Below, in pieces: positions 50,553-63,735 of a stretch of DNA of 64,000 nt. Each line of letters begins with the position of its first letter. The stretch's first letter is position 1. A model generated the notes under the pieces. It was given only the letters and a program-made list of their open reading frames with translations. It was not told the DNA's origin and made no database searches. The translations under genes and the position numbers were made by a program. The DNA lies in NCBI GenBank assembly GCA_002633005.1, contig NMRA01000290.1, positions 60,676 through 124,675 on the forward strand. Reading direction: 5' to 3'. This stretch comes from Phoronis australis (lineage: Eukaryota; Animalia; Phoronida).

Positions 50553-50716
50553 ATAGATTATCACATGTTCTCAGTCGTTATCCCCCTTATCTGGAGCTCT
50601 TGAGGATTTTGGAGAATTATCACCCTCGGGGCTAACGCCCCTCAGGCGATAATTCTCCAAACTCCCCTCGGGCTCTAGATAACGGGGGATAACAACTTCG
50701 CCATGTAATAATCTAT
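50553..50716. mobile_element. Palindromic MITE
   Basis: ATAGATTATCACATG..GTTATCCCC / GGGGATAAC..CATGTAATAATCTAT, plus an inner TTTGGAGAATTATC/GATAATTCTCCAAA pair. Confidence 0.75.
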
Positions 50717-51395
50717 ATTTACGGAATTGCCATATATGTTGCAGAGTGCAAAAATTAAGGTTGAGAAAAAATGGGTATACCGTGTCTTGTACGTGTCTGC
50801 CCGACATGCTTTTCTTGCAATATCTTTCAGTTAATAAGATTTGTAAAACATAACAGTTGAAATTAACTGAGGAAAATTGCCATAACATTTAATAGTTACT
50901 TATCACTCTGAAATTTGCTGATTTATAAAATGGGCAAGGATGAAATTTTTTACCGAAACGTATTTCTCTTGAAAATGGAAAATCTGTATACCATATGCCT
51001 AGAATTGTACAGTGACACTTGGCTTTCCTCAATCTCCAACTGCTGGTTTATTACCCTCGGTAATTGCCCCCATAACGTTGCTCGCCCAGCAGAATTAATG
51101 AGCAGAACGCTAGTTGTGGACTTTAACTTTCTTGTTTTATGTTATAAAAGTCACACATCTTTCCAATTTTCAAGATGCAAAAAAATAAATACCACTTGTT
51201 CTTTTCACAAACTATTTAAATATGCTAATTAACTTCAAATCTTTAAAAATGACTATTTAAAGAATACTATTGTTGCCCCCAGTGTCTCAAACCATGCAGT
51301 TTCAGGCCTGGTTTTCCAAATGTTTCTACAGAGAATATCATTAGCTGAACATGCATATAAAGTTTCTTTCATTGATCATTCTGCCATGGATTTTT

Positions 51396-51649
51396 AAGTT
51401 AGCGGAACGGATGGAGATGTCCAAACTCCACCGGCAAGGGTGTCACCATAGGATTCTTTTGTGATCAGTATATAACATTGTTGTGTTCATAGAACCAGTA
51501 AAACAACACAGATGAGAGTAAATTATAATACGTCTATTCGCTTGGAGAACTAATACAAGAAGGGGAAAGTTAGCGGAACGGATGGAGATGTCCAAACTCC
51601 ACCGGCAAGGGTGTCACCATAGGATTCTTTTGTGATCAGTATGTAACAT
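51396..51649 (+). repeat. 83-bp direct repeat (1 mismatch) separated by 88 bp of unique sequence
   Basis: AAGTTAGCGGAACGGATGGAG...GATCAGTAT(A/G)TAACAT at 51396-51478 and 51567-51649. Confidence 0.9.
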
Positions 51650-52789
51650 ATGTTTGCCCATGCAGGGCAGTCTCGGCTATGTGTGGTCTGCTTGGGATTG
51701 ATAAAGTTTGGTATGGAATACATGCACGTTTGATGCAGAAATTTCTAAGCTCCTTTGTATCTGGTAATTCAATGATGCCCTTATCTCACAACTGTATGAT
51801 CATGGATGGAGGATAACAATCTTTACATACTGGGAACATTCTCACTAAACAAGATGAGGTCACAACCCCACTGATCAGGAAAAACTGTGGGGTTTGGCCA
51901 ATTGAACTAGACCGTATTTATCCACCTTGGCTGCGTTGCACTCAGCTCACAATCAAAGGGATCCTGCCTAGCTGCTCTATTCGAGTCACAACCGAGGATA
52001 ATTGGCTTCGCTCATGTGGATACGATCAGCTGATTACAATCTAGCCTAGATGACCGTACTTTTTATGAAGAGCATTTTAGGTAGTTTTGAGTGTAATATT
52101 TGAAAAGAGGAGAGAAAAAAAATGTTGATACAACTTTGTGAATTTTTCAAATCTGCCTAGAATAAGAGATTTAGCAACACAGCAACACTCAAGATTACTT
52201 TCATTCGGCGCGCACGAATACAAAAATATAGGACCCTTTATTTAGATTTTGGAACACATGCTTTGAAATATTCAAAATATGTTTATTATAGCTCTTCCAA
52301 GATGTAAAACGATGTTCAATTTCATTGTGGTTATTCATTGTCATCCGTCAAATCGGAAATTTCCGAGATGTGATCAGCGGCGTGCGCGTATGTATACAAA
52401 ACACGGGATCCTTATCTTCCTGAAATACGAACATTAAGAAACTTTAGCACGCCATTATTATTGACAGGGACACGATAAAACGAATTTGGATGTACGATAG
52501 TCTTGATACAGCGAGCTGGCTGACTATAGGTACCACTGCGTTAGACCCAGAAATTTCACGCAGCCCAGGTAGTTCACCTCGTCCCCAACATGTAGATCGA
52601 GCCTAGGACCATTAATGTTTTACTCCACGGCAGAAGTAACGACCGTCGGCCTGTGCACACAAAATCTGTGAGTTAACCGGCACTCACCTTGCACGTTGCA
52701 GCCGTTTAAGTGAAATACAATGTAATAAATGCCATTTTCTTAAATAATCCTCCGCCTTTTGTAACATAAGTCTGTCGTCAATGACCTGC

Positions 52790-53282
52790 AGGCGCTCTCA
52801 TTCTCATACGCAGACGAACTTTAAAACAAATGTCACGTGGCAACAAGAGATTTTTTTCGTGTTGTGGGGTACGATGTAGCGCAGATTTAGACTTAATCGC
52901 AATTAATCTGGACTCCACATGAACTTAAAAAATTGTAAAACATAAGGAGGATTTCAGGTAATTTGTTGTGCCGAAACTGTATTTTTATTCAATAATTCAC
53001 GTTTTCCTGTCGACAATCGCGATTCAGCGACGTATCGGTCGGCAAGTTTTCACCCTGGGATTTCAGCCCAATTTTTTGAAAAATGATCGTACAACACAGT
53101 TTGATAGCAATGCACCACAAAATTGTAGAGAGACTGTCACAGGCTACAAATACGTCACAGAGCGTAAATTTGATAAATCCTAGCTTCCGATTTTACCCGG
53201 TTCAGAAAACGGGTTTCTGAACTGCCTTAGGCTACAATAAGCGTCCCCTCCCTGTGAAATAAATTTTTGTAAGTGCCCGGTA
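52790..53282 (-). mobile_element. Inverted partial copy of the left end of the 44354-46467 transposon family
   Basis: Reverse complement of about 44370-44890. The ORF track shows the shared pseudo-peptide TTQFDSNA at 44490- and 52968+. Confidence 0.65.
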
Positions 53283-53967
53283 TACAGCTTTCCACCAAGG
53301 CTAGGTGGTGCTACGACATATGCTTTGTTGCTTGCACAGATTGTTGCCAATTTTTTCTTGTTTCCATAGCATAATGATAGCGGAAATGATAACGTTGCAT
53401 ATTTGAATTTTAATGTTTGCGTAATCCAGAAAATCAGAGGTCGGTAAACCAAGTTTTTTAAAACACTTTCGGCGAAAAACTAGCAGAAGGTGCCTGCTCT
53501 TTCAAAATTGCCATGAAGGTATTAACTATTCCATGCAGCATTATTTAACTGGTCTTGGTTCACTATCATTTTATGGCCTGGTCATCCATTCAGCCAAAAG
53601 TAGTTCCATAGGTGGCTTATCAGCCAATTATTCACGCATGATGACTCACAATAGAAGCCTGATAAGAGTGAAGGTGGATTAATGCAGTGTTCCTACAGTT
53701 TCTTGTGGTAGTGGATGTGTTCACAATATGAAATTTTATTTAAGGTTGCCATGAATATTGAACTCATAGAGAAAGGCCAAGTTTCAAAGCTATAGTGCTT
53801 AAAACTCAAGGTTTTAAAACCATTAAACTGTAACTGTAAAGATGGTCAAATGTTTATCCATCTTTGTACATTTCATTAAAATGCTCTGACTAATTGTTTC
53901 AAAACTGTATTGCAGAGTGAATATTATTTTTTGTGTAAAACACAAAACTTCACACATTCTATTTCAG

Positions 53968-55247
53968 TTGACCTCAGGAAACGCCAAGAACGATACACAG
54001 AGTTGGAAAGTCTTTTAGGGCAGACAGAATTGGCATATATTCAAAAATGGCAAAATGTGAGAACACAAGAGCAGGAGGCTGAGAAAGCTGGAGACGCATC
54101 AAAAGTGAAATTGCTAGAGCAAGAAAGAATTGGGATTGAAAACCATTACCTACCTTTACTGGAAAAGTACAAGACTGAGATGGCCCAGCTATGGAATGTA
54201 TTTTCTGGTGGCATCCTTATGACACAATTTGGTTTGTCTAATGGCCAAGGTTTGGTGTTCCCAGCTGCCTCATCCAGTGATGGTTCAGTGCAAAGCTCCC
54301 CGTCAAATGTAGAAAACAGTACTGAAGATAAGAGTTTACATAAAACTTCTTCACAGACGTTAAAAAGTGGTCCAGATACAGAGCAAAAACTGCAGAAGAA
54401 TCAATCATGGTCTACCAAAATGCCTACAGCAGCAAAGGATACTCCATTTTTGACAAGCCAGATTTCATTAGAGTTCCCTTTAGTTGGTGAGCAATCGCCT
54501 TTGAGTAAAAAGGATTTGAAGAAACTTCAAGAAAGGTCACGAAATTCAAGTGGAGATTCTGTTACCTTGCCAACTCCAAATAAACAGAATAAACCAAGTC
54601 GATCCTCATTTACTAAGCGAGAAAGGTATGATAGCTTTGGATCTGACTGCAGCAGAACCATGTCACCTGATCCGCATATGAAAGCAAGTAGGATTGCTGT
54701 GTCTGCTGATACATTGGAGAATACAGCTGCTGACTGCATTCATGCATTGAAGGAGAAAGGTGACCATATATCCGTAAGTGCTGTGACAGAGTTGCTTTGT
54801 AATCGATTCCAGGTGAACAGATGCAAAGATTTAGGAATCCGTCTGTGGACTGACATCAAGTGTGTGAAGAAACTGGTGTGGAAACAGAGTAAAGTCAACG
54901 CCTACATCCATGCATACAAGATGACTTACAGCATGGGCACATTGTATGAACTAGGACAAAACTTGGCTAGGTTGTTTGACAAGGAAGATTTCAATGAGCT
55001 CCATTTGGGTCCACTAAAGAAGCAACCAGAGTTACATGTCGTGTTCCCTGTGAAAGACGTCAACAAGGAAGTGTGCAAAATTACGACTACAGATATTCTA
55101 GTCTGTTTAAATAACTGCATGAAGAGAAGCAATAGAAATGCTAAAATGAATCTTGAAGACGTGCTTATTTACATAAAAGCAAAGTACGGATGTGATGACC
55201 TATATGATCTTGGCATAAGGATCAACAGCCTAGGTTTGGGTATCTCT
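53968..55247 (+). CDS. NO VEIN-like protein, large exon with a coiled coil and the conserved NOV N-terminal block
   Basis: KVNAYIHAY..GTLYELGQNL..EDFNELHLGPLKKQP..ITTTDILVCL..DLGIRINSLGLGIS recalls NO VEIN (KINAFIHCF..TLHDLE..FDDLELGPLLQHP..ITSEEIISFL..LGVRIQSL). cag/gtaagt, 1280 nt. Confidence 0.85.
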
Positions 55248-55866
55248 GTAAGTTTGAATTATATTAATACCTCTTTGATCACAATGACACATATATGCCA
55301 TGGAGATATCACTTGTATAGTATATGAGCTAAGCAAGTCCAACAATTTCACATTGTCTTTAAGAACCATGAAGTGAAATATGTCCAAACTCTTCGGTGAG
55401 GTCCAGGTTCCACATACTTATTACATAAAATTATATTAAATGGTGTAACAGCTCAAAAATATGTTAAACAATGTGTGTTGAAGCAAATATGGCTTTTAAT
55501 TTATTTTTAATTAATAGATGGCTGCTAATTTACATTTCTTCCATCAATTTGTGTGTTTATGGTGGCCTGGTGCCTTTTGCGCTACACCTAGGCTACAAAG
55601 CTGAGTCCATTTTACTGAATACTTGATTAGAATTAGGGGACCTTTCTGGGTGAGGTTCACAATAGGCTTCTCTCAAAAGTTGAAATTGCTGAACATTAAA
55701 CCTTAATCTCTTACAATTCAGTCCCATCAGACAGGTTTTGTGTATAATTTATGTGTACGCCCAGTAAGTAGGTTACGCAGTCTGTGATAGACTAGGGAAG
55801 ACTACCAGAGGTTGAGATGTCTTGGCTTTATGTTATGCTTAGGTTCTGTGGTGTTTCATTTTATAG

Positions 55867-56180
55867 GTGGTAAGCAGAGCAAGAAAGGATTTACTACAAC
55901 TTCAAGATCGTGTGCAGAAAGAGTACATACAGAAAATGCTTGAACAGTTTTCTGATGAGCTTCAGAAAATTGGTGCGGGTATCACAGTTAAATTAGATGA
56001 TACGAAACGTCGTCCAGGTTTAACGCTTGGCAAGGAAGTCCAGAAGAAGTACTCTGAAATGGACTGCGTGGATGTAATTGTTGACCTGCTTACTGTTACA
56101 GACAAGCTTTTTGTAGACTCATATGTGAAACAGCAAATTCAACTTTTCTTGGTTTTGCTTCAAGAAAGCCCACTTGCCAG
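55867..56180 (+). CDS. NO VEIN-like exon
   Basis: ttatag|GTG...CCAG|gtattc, phase 0-2, open frame. Confidence 0.85.
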
Positions 56181-56558
56181 GTATTCTTCACATTAGTGCT
56201 TCATAACCAAAATTTGGAACAAGCCTCTAAAGATATAGTTAGTGCATATTGGCATTTTGTGGTTTGAGCTTATTTTCCTGAAGTTTAATAAAAGTCTTGA
56301 TTCATGTAGATGCAGCCCTTAAGTGGGGGGGAGGGGTTTCGCTGCCTGTGACTGCTTATGTAACCATTTTGAGTTCTTGGTTGGTATACTTCATGAATTC
56401 ACATTTCATAGGTACATGGAAAGTAAGGAAACTACAATTATTATGTTTTTGTGTTGTAGTAGTGGACATGAACAATGAAATTAGATGAATAGGTACAACA
56501 AAAGTTTTCAGGACTGTTATTGCCATTTAATATGGCCATACTTTTATCCCGTTTTCAG

Positions 56559-56701
56559 TAAAATGTTCCAATTGGCATTGTGTAAAGGAAGGTTGGAACC
56601 TCCATCTGATCTTGTTCCAAAAGAACCAAAATCTGTTAGCAGGGATCTCACTCCAGCCACACGATTGGTTCCAGAAAATTTGCCTCAACGACCACGAGAA
56701 G
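56559..56701 (+). CDS. NO VEIN-like exon
   Basis: ttttcag|T..GAAG|gtaagc, phase 2-1, KMFQLALCKG.. Confidence 0.85.
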
Positions 56702-57536
56702 GTAAGCTGGTCATTACACCACTATCACGATCTTTAAATCTAGAATTACGTTCAATAGAACTTGTTAGGCACACTTTTTGTGTTGGTACACGATACAGTG
56801 GTTAAGCTAGTCAGAGCTTACAGTCACACAAAGGAATCAACAGGTGAAAGTTACGTCTAATTTCTCTGAAAATCAATTTTTCTCCCTTCAAAGTTTTTTG
56901 GTGAAAGTATTAAATACAAAACACATCTGTTTCACAACATTTGTTGTTTGCAAATAGTATTTTTGAATAGCCGTTAGCCTCAGGGGAGCTGTTTACAACA
57001 TGATTGCTGGATTAAGTGAGATTTAGCTGAAAGGAGACAGTAAGACAGCTGGACTATGTAAACATTGGTTTGCCCATGTCAAACTGACAACCACAGGGCT
57101 GTGTCCTAGCTGGCCGACCAGGCAGTCAGGATACTCATTTCACAGGTCGGGTGTGTAACGGCTACAGATAAACTGTGACTTAATAATCCAAAAATTTCAT
57201 TATAATTATAGTCTGTTGGTTACAAGTACAGAAGTGTGTACTTATAATATCATGTATTCATTTCACATCTTGGTGAGCTAATTGTTTTGCATCTTGATGA
57301 TCCACTTGTTTTCAATGTAAAACTTTTTGAGTTGCCGCTTACATCATTATATAAAAGGTAGTCTTTGTTTTTGTTTCTGTAGTATGTAAATATCACCAAG
57401 GTGATAACTATAATCAGTATTATTTTTGATGTTAATGTTGTTTCTATCTTGTTTAATTGTAAGTTAGAACAGTTCTCTCAACAGCTCAAGATTTGGTATT
57501 TTTAAATTAGTAGTATTTTGTGGTCATTGTTTTCAG

Positions 57537-57703
57537 AACAACTCTTTCAAGAATTGAAGGAGCGTTTAGATAAATTGCCAGGTGATGTCACTTTCCACAG
57601 TTTGTGCCGTTTTGAGCACCAGCTTCTGCATGATTTCAAGTTTTCTAACTTTTCCCAGCTGAGTGGAATGACATTCTTGGACTTTTTGCATAGACATAGG
57701 AAG
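57537..57703 (+). CDS. NO VEIN-like exon
   Basis: ttttcag|AA..AAG|gtatga, phase 1-0, LCRFEHQLLHDF..NFSQLSGMTFLDFL. Confidence 0.85.
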
Positions 57704-58474
57704 GTATGATTTTTGTTATTTGTGCAATTACAGCTTTAGTATAGTTATAAGAATGTGGCCGACGGGAAATTCTATTTTGTCAAATTTCTCCACAAAAGAA
57801 AGATTAAGAAAATTGTAGTTTATTACTAGCGTAATTTTTACTGGGTAGATTTCGTAAAACAATCTGATGTTGGATAAATTTTCCATTATTTGCAGTCAAT
57901 TAATTAGCTTTAAAGAAATGGAGAAATGGCAATTTTGACAATTATTTTTGACTTCAAAATAAGTGGAGCTGGCAATTTTATTTTTTGCATCTGCGACTGT
58001 ATCTCCTTGACCACTTGCAGCATCGTAATAAATTTGCCAAGTGTTTTTCTATGAGTGATAACAGATGACGATGGAATTTTGGACTGATGTCATTACTGCT
58101 GTACCCCCTTGTGGCAATTTTTTGTACATTTTCTCTGTATTTTCAAGTTCCTTGACAGATTTTCATGAAACTTAGGAAATTGGTTTCTGTTAAGGAGACA
58201 AAACTCTCTCATTTTCGGACAGATTTGACATATTCTGTATGTCATATAGTGGCAATGATTTCAAATCTGTTTTTAGCATCCACATATCTATTCGCCAAAG
58301 TGCTGCTCAAAGGATCTATATGAAAATTGGCAGCTGTATGTACACGTTGGGCATTTATAATTAATGCTCTTCGTTGCACTTGTAAAAATGATATAGTATA
58401 CCATCTTATTGAAATTCTTTCCTTGTTGATCAAGGTAGCATATTACATATTAATTAAACATTTATTTTCATTAG

Positions 58475-58594
58475 GAACTAGAAGAATGCTGTAGTGGAAT
58501 TTTGACTGGGTCATCTGGACTTTCCATGGTGACCAAGCAAGAACTGTTTCACTTCCTGAAGCAAGCTGGTTACCATGACAACATTAGTGATGAG
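58475..58594 (+). CDS. NO VEIN-like exon
   Basis: cattag|GAA..GAG|gtactg, 120 nt, ELEECCSG..KQELFHFLKQAG. Confidence 0.8.
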
Positions 58595-58814
58595 GTACTG
58601 CGTTGTAAGATAAGGGTAACTGTTATAAATGTTTGACCTCTTTGGTGCAAAGCAATTGTAATAGCACGCATTGTTTACTATTATGATAAATGAGAGGACC
58701 TATGTGAAAAAACAACTTAGTCTGTATCTGTACACAAATTTGTTTTTTAACAGAAGAGGGGAAAACTTGCTTTGAGATTTTCCGAAGATTAAATAAAACA
58801 TTGTGTGTTTGTAG

Positions 58815-58969
58815 AACTTGAAGACTGTGGCTGCATCGGCATGTGATCAATTTGGAGCGAATGACTTTCAAGAGTTAGGTCATGGACCTCTTTCTGTCTG
58901 TCTTAGACAGCTTCAGAAATCTACTGTGAAAGACCAGCCTTCAATATTTTTTGTTACAGCCTTTACTGG
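58815..58969 (+). CDS. NO VEIN-like exon
   Basis: ttgtag|AAC..GG|gtaaga, phase 0-2, ACDQFGANDFQELGHGPL. Confidence 0.82.
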
Positions 58970-59497
58970 GTAAGAATAGTTGCGTCCATTGTTTTCATAA
59001 AAGCATGGGATCATGTAATGAAGTAAGTAAATGACGGTGCACGACTTGCTCAGAATCTGTGTAGCAGATGACTGTCAGTGGTTTGTTTCTGTTTAGATAG
59101 GTAATTAAGTGACTGCAGAACCTGTCAACCAATTAGTTAACCAGCACTCCGGTATTGGTTCACTCATTTTCAGTTTTCTGAAACTTAATGTTCTAAACTT
59201 TTAAATCTATTGGTCTATTTACACCAAGTTCTAGCCCATTTGCTCTGACATGCTGTTTCGATCACATCTCCAGCCAGCTACAAGTGTTGCAGCATTCTTA
59301 AAAGGAGCGCGGCTATGGAGCACTCTCACGGTTAATAGGTTTTGGGTTGGTATACCCCAGGTTAATCATGATTAACACTCAAGTTGTGACTAAGTTGTGA
59401 CTAAATAATGAGTCATGACTAGAATGCTAGTAAACCTGCGCCTCTGGTACTCTTTGTGTTTCATTTTTATCACATATATCATTCTTATTTTGTGCAG

Positions 59498-59679
59498 GGA
59501 ATCTCTTCAGCGTACCTCGGGCTACTTGGGTCCCCAGACAAAAGATAAAGCATTGTCCTGTCTACTAAAAGTGCCATTGTTGGGAAATTTAGAGGAGTGT
59601 ACGCACTGGAGTCTTGTATTTAAGCCCCACCTTGGAGCCTTGAAACCGTTTCTTGACAAATATGGTGGACCACAAAATG
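59498..59679 (+). CDS. NO VEIN-like exon
   Basis: gtgcag|G..G|gtaata, phase 2-1. KALSCLLKVPLLGNLEECTHWSLVFKPHLGALKPFL matches the NOV motif AxxxLLxAPxLxDLxxWSHWxLxFxPxLG. Confidence 0.88.
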
Positions 59680-60732
59680 GTAATATCCTAAGTTTTTGCA
59701 GCAAGAAATTTGTTAATTCTTTATTCCAAAAAGAATGTAGGTATTGGGAATTCCTGTAAGAATTTCAAGATTTTGATATGATCATTATCTGTTCTTGGCC
59801 CTATACTAAAGGACTCACTTTTGTGCTGGACACGTACGACTTGTGGTTTTATTCTAACGAACCCCGTGAGAGGTCTACTACACAATCGGTGTCCATAGCC
59901 AGGTGATTAGACTCTGTGCATGAATTTTGATGCCTGACTTTTGCAAACAATTCAGCCATTACACACTAAAGCTTGCTAACCACAAAATTGATAACATCTA
60001 GCCAGTCTGAGAGCATTGCCAGTAAACATCACAACAAGCGCCTGACATTGGATCATATTGTCAGCATCAGTACTAGGTATAAAAATCAGTTAAGAATTGC
60101 ACAGTTAATGTCCATAGTGAGGTGGTCAGATTCCATGCTGGAATTTAATTACTAGCATAGAAATCATTGAACAATTGTTTTTAAATAATAAAAAGTCCAT
60201 CCACAACTCGTATTTTTCTTCCATTGTAACGAGTTGAGCATGACATATCGGCTCACTATTCAGGCAGGTCAATCTAGTTTTGATATCCTTGCGCAGATGC
60301 AGACGGCATGATTTGTGTTGTTTTTCTAAACAAAACAAAATTAAAGAATTGAGAACTTATGAATGAAAAGCCATTATGATAGCTTTTTTAATTGCCATCT
60401 TCGTAATGTTTTGAAAATACGCCACTTCAACAGAGAACTTTTTGTTTGTGATGCTGTGAATGCATGAGTGATTAGTAGAGCCATGTGAGACCTAGGACTA
60501 TTTTGTTTGTGGCTGATTATGTATGGATGGTAACTGCAGAGACGTATAGTCAACCCCAGCATTTAAGGGCTCCCTCTCATGAGCATCCATCGTTATGTTT
60601 TCATGTGTGGAATCAAGTGGTTATTAGTTTTACCAAAAGTTTAGAAGGCATGCAGGTTTATGCAACTTTTTGAATGAAGTATTTGTCTGTGCGTCGAAAA
60701 AGTATTGATCTTAATTGAGGTCTTTTTTGCAG

Positions 60733-61079
60733 GAAACCAAGAGAGAAATGAGATATCTGATCTCTATGCTCTTCAGACATCTAATGGGGATTTGTTGCGT
60801 ATTACGAAGCAGACAAACACTGATCTCTTTTCAAAAGCCATCAGTGACTGGAATGCTCGCGATGTGGCTGGCCATTTGACATCACTTGTGGTTGATGGAG
60901 GTGGAGTGGGCAAACTTCCGCGTACGTTGCTGACCAATCTGATGACCACAGGCTTGAAAGAAAAGTTCTCACAACTGACAGAGAGAAAAGATTGCAATTC
61001 TGAGCACCTTCTTGCAGAATTTGTTGTGAAGTGCACTGTGATGGTGCCTTTTGAAGTTTGTGTAGGCCTGGCAAGAGAG
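60733..61079 (+). CDS. NO VEIN-like exon
   Basis: ttgcag|GA..GAG|gtgaga, phase 1-0, AGHLTSLVVDGGGVGKLPRTLL..FVVKCTVMVP. Confidence 0.85.
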
Positions 61080-61568
61080 GTGAGATTCATCAATTATCTG
61101 TACTTTCATATTTTTAAGTGAAATTGACTCATTTTGTAAGGCTACTTGACAATTTGACAAGATGAGGCTTGTGTTGTGAAAAGATCTTGCTAGAGTTTTC
61201 CAAAGTTTACTTGGAACCTTACTGACGTAAACGATCAAAAACTGATACGTGGTAAGGCAGAAAATCTGAATGTTTCAAATTTGTGAAGTGCTTTGCATAT
61301 TATTGAAAAGGGACATTCTCAGACATGATGATGTTTTTATTAATTTGATATAATGTCCATTTTAGTAGGCATTGCTAATGAAGATAGGGCACTCTTTGTA
61401 TTATCGGATAAAACTGAAAAAGAAAAGTTGCTCACCTGCATCCGAGGAGTTTAACAAGATCAAAGGCTTTCATGTGACTAGATCAATGCTTTATATAGGT
61501 GGGACGCACTTTCATGGGCCCCACCTATTGAAATGAAACTTTTCTCATTGATGTTTTGTTCATTTCAG

Positions 61569-61766
61569 ATATTTATAGAACCATTTGTTGCTGCATTTGG
61601 ATCAATGGATAAAGGGCTGTCCTTATTATGGGATGCTTGCAAGGTAGAGGAAATTAAAGTGAAATTAGAGCAGCTTGGTCTTGTTCTAAGCATTCCGCAG
61701 TGGACCGAACACCTGATGAAAACTGAAGATGTCTTAGAAAATGGTGCAGAAGAGGAACTATTTGAG
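61569..61766 (+). CDS. NO VEIN-like exon (last one identified; the gene is incomplete in this window)
   Basis: tttcag|ATA..GAG|gtattt, 198 nt, IFIEPF..LEQLGLVLSIPQW. Confidence 0.82.
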
Positions 61767-63735
61767 GTATTTTTCTTTTCCTGTTTTCCGGTGATAACCA
61801 CTTGTGTTAAAACGTGTGCAGCACTATTTTAAATTGATTAATAAATTAATTAAAAGCATTTTGTTTTTACGCATTCATAAGTTTCTGGTTTTATGCCAAA
61901 TAAATATTATTACTGTGCATTGACTGGATTTCTTTACTTGCTTCAGCTTAAGCCAATCTTTTTGGTGCTGTTAGAACTTGCACTCCATTTCCCCATTCAG
62001 ACAGTTAGAATCTTCTTCTGGATTATCTCAATATCCCTAAAGTATAATCGTTCATCATACCTTTCAACATTCCTAAAAGAAAAAGTGGTACAGCTGTATC
62101 TAGAATACACCAATAAGGGATGAAAACAAAGTGAGTTTGACAGACTCGTTTCCAAAGATGAAAATGAGACCAAAGGTTGGTGTAAATTTATTACGGCTAG
62201 ACTGGTGGTACAAAAGGATGTAAGAGAATAGCAAATTGTAGTAAAGTGATGTTATAATCTCTTTAAGATAGGCAATAAAAAACCGCCACAGGAGATACTG
62301 CAAACAACTCATGCCCATTTGCAGATTGCCAAGTGACCTGTCTTCAACATCTTTTGTGGTGTTTTTTGTTGCCCACCTTACCAAAGATTAACAATTTTTC
62401 CAAATTACTTTAAAAATTTGTTTCTCACATGACCATGCAATTTTCTCTGCCATTTCTCTTACTCTACCCTTTATCAAGAGGTTTTTCTCATTCCTCTGTG
62501 TTGTGTTGTGTTTTTATATTATATTATTTTATTACTATTTACAATTCTCTTTTTTGTTTTGTACATCTAATGTAGTCATAGGAAATGACTTACATAAAAA
62601 GAATCCTATGTTGACACCTTCACTGGTTAACATTGGGCAATTCGTCTGGTTTGCTTACCTCAAAATATGTCGGCAATAATTGTCAATTACACCATACTGT
62701 AGTTAATTACATTGCCTCACTCAGCTGATGTTATCGTTCTCTATATAATCAGACCAATCATAAACACACTGGGGGCAATAATAGTATTTTTTCATTTTCA
62801 TTTTGAAAGCTTTTAAATGCCATATTTGAATAGTAATTACTGGTTTTTGAATTTTGAAAATCGGACAAGAATTGTGACTTTTAGAACCTAAAATATTTGT
62901 ATGATGTGCCTACACATTATGCTCCTCATTAAGTCTGCTGGGTGTCCAACATAATTGGGCCAATTACCAAACCACCAGGAAGCAGTTGGATTTTGAGGTA
63001 AGTGCCATCATAAAACTCTTGACATGATCGAGTTACGCCAACCTCTGGTCTACTTTTATTCTCTGGAAATGAGCCTGCGTCACTTGAATGATTTTTGTCT
63101 AGTCCAAAAGTCGAACATGAAATATGGGAGTGTTATTGCAACCACGGGACCTAATCAGTCAGTGCTCTTGGCTTGAGTTGTACAGGTGCTTACATACTGA
63201 CATAGATGCATTGATGTTTTGAGGAGTTGCGGTCAGTATGAATGGTTCAGTCCTGGATCGAAGTTAAGAGTACCAGTTAACTTCGCAATAAACAGGTGGA
63301 GGTAACAGTGGAGCGTCGACGCTGCAGTCCCATCGAAGTTATTACCAGGGGCCACGGTTATCGTCCACAATTAAAGGGCAGCTTCGTCGCTAATAGTTGC
63401 TTATATTTGACTCACATAATTGCTAGTTAGTCAAATTAGAAATAAGTTTTCTGTCAATTAGCATATGTAATTGTTCCAAAATTGTCACAATAAAAAAATC
63501 TTAGCATGAACGTGATGCTTCAGCGCTACCTTGCCATTACTTTGAGGATAACAGTGTCACCTGTCGTTTGCTCTGATATCCGTTAACTACCAATAAAAGC
63601 TGGTATGAGCGGTTCAGTTAACTTCGCACTTTGCGTCGACGCTCCAGACTGGAGTTAAATCAGTATGAAAGGGTCTTACAACTGCTTAGATTTTCAACAG
63701 TTACTGATGGAATGAATTAGCTCCTGTTAGCTAAA

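Noticed and set aside
61947-62123. Next NO VEIN-like exon after 61766
   Set aside because: An acceptor is present, but the in-frame peptide is not family-like and runs into a stop. Not supportable without RNA data.
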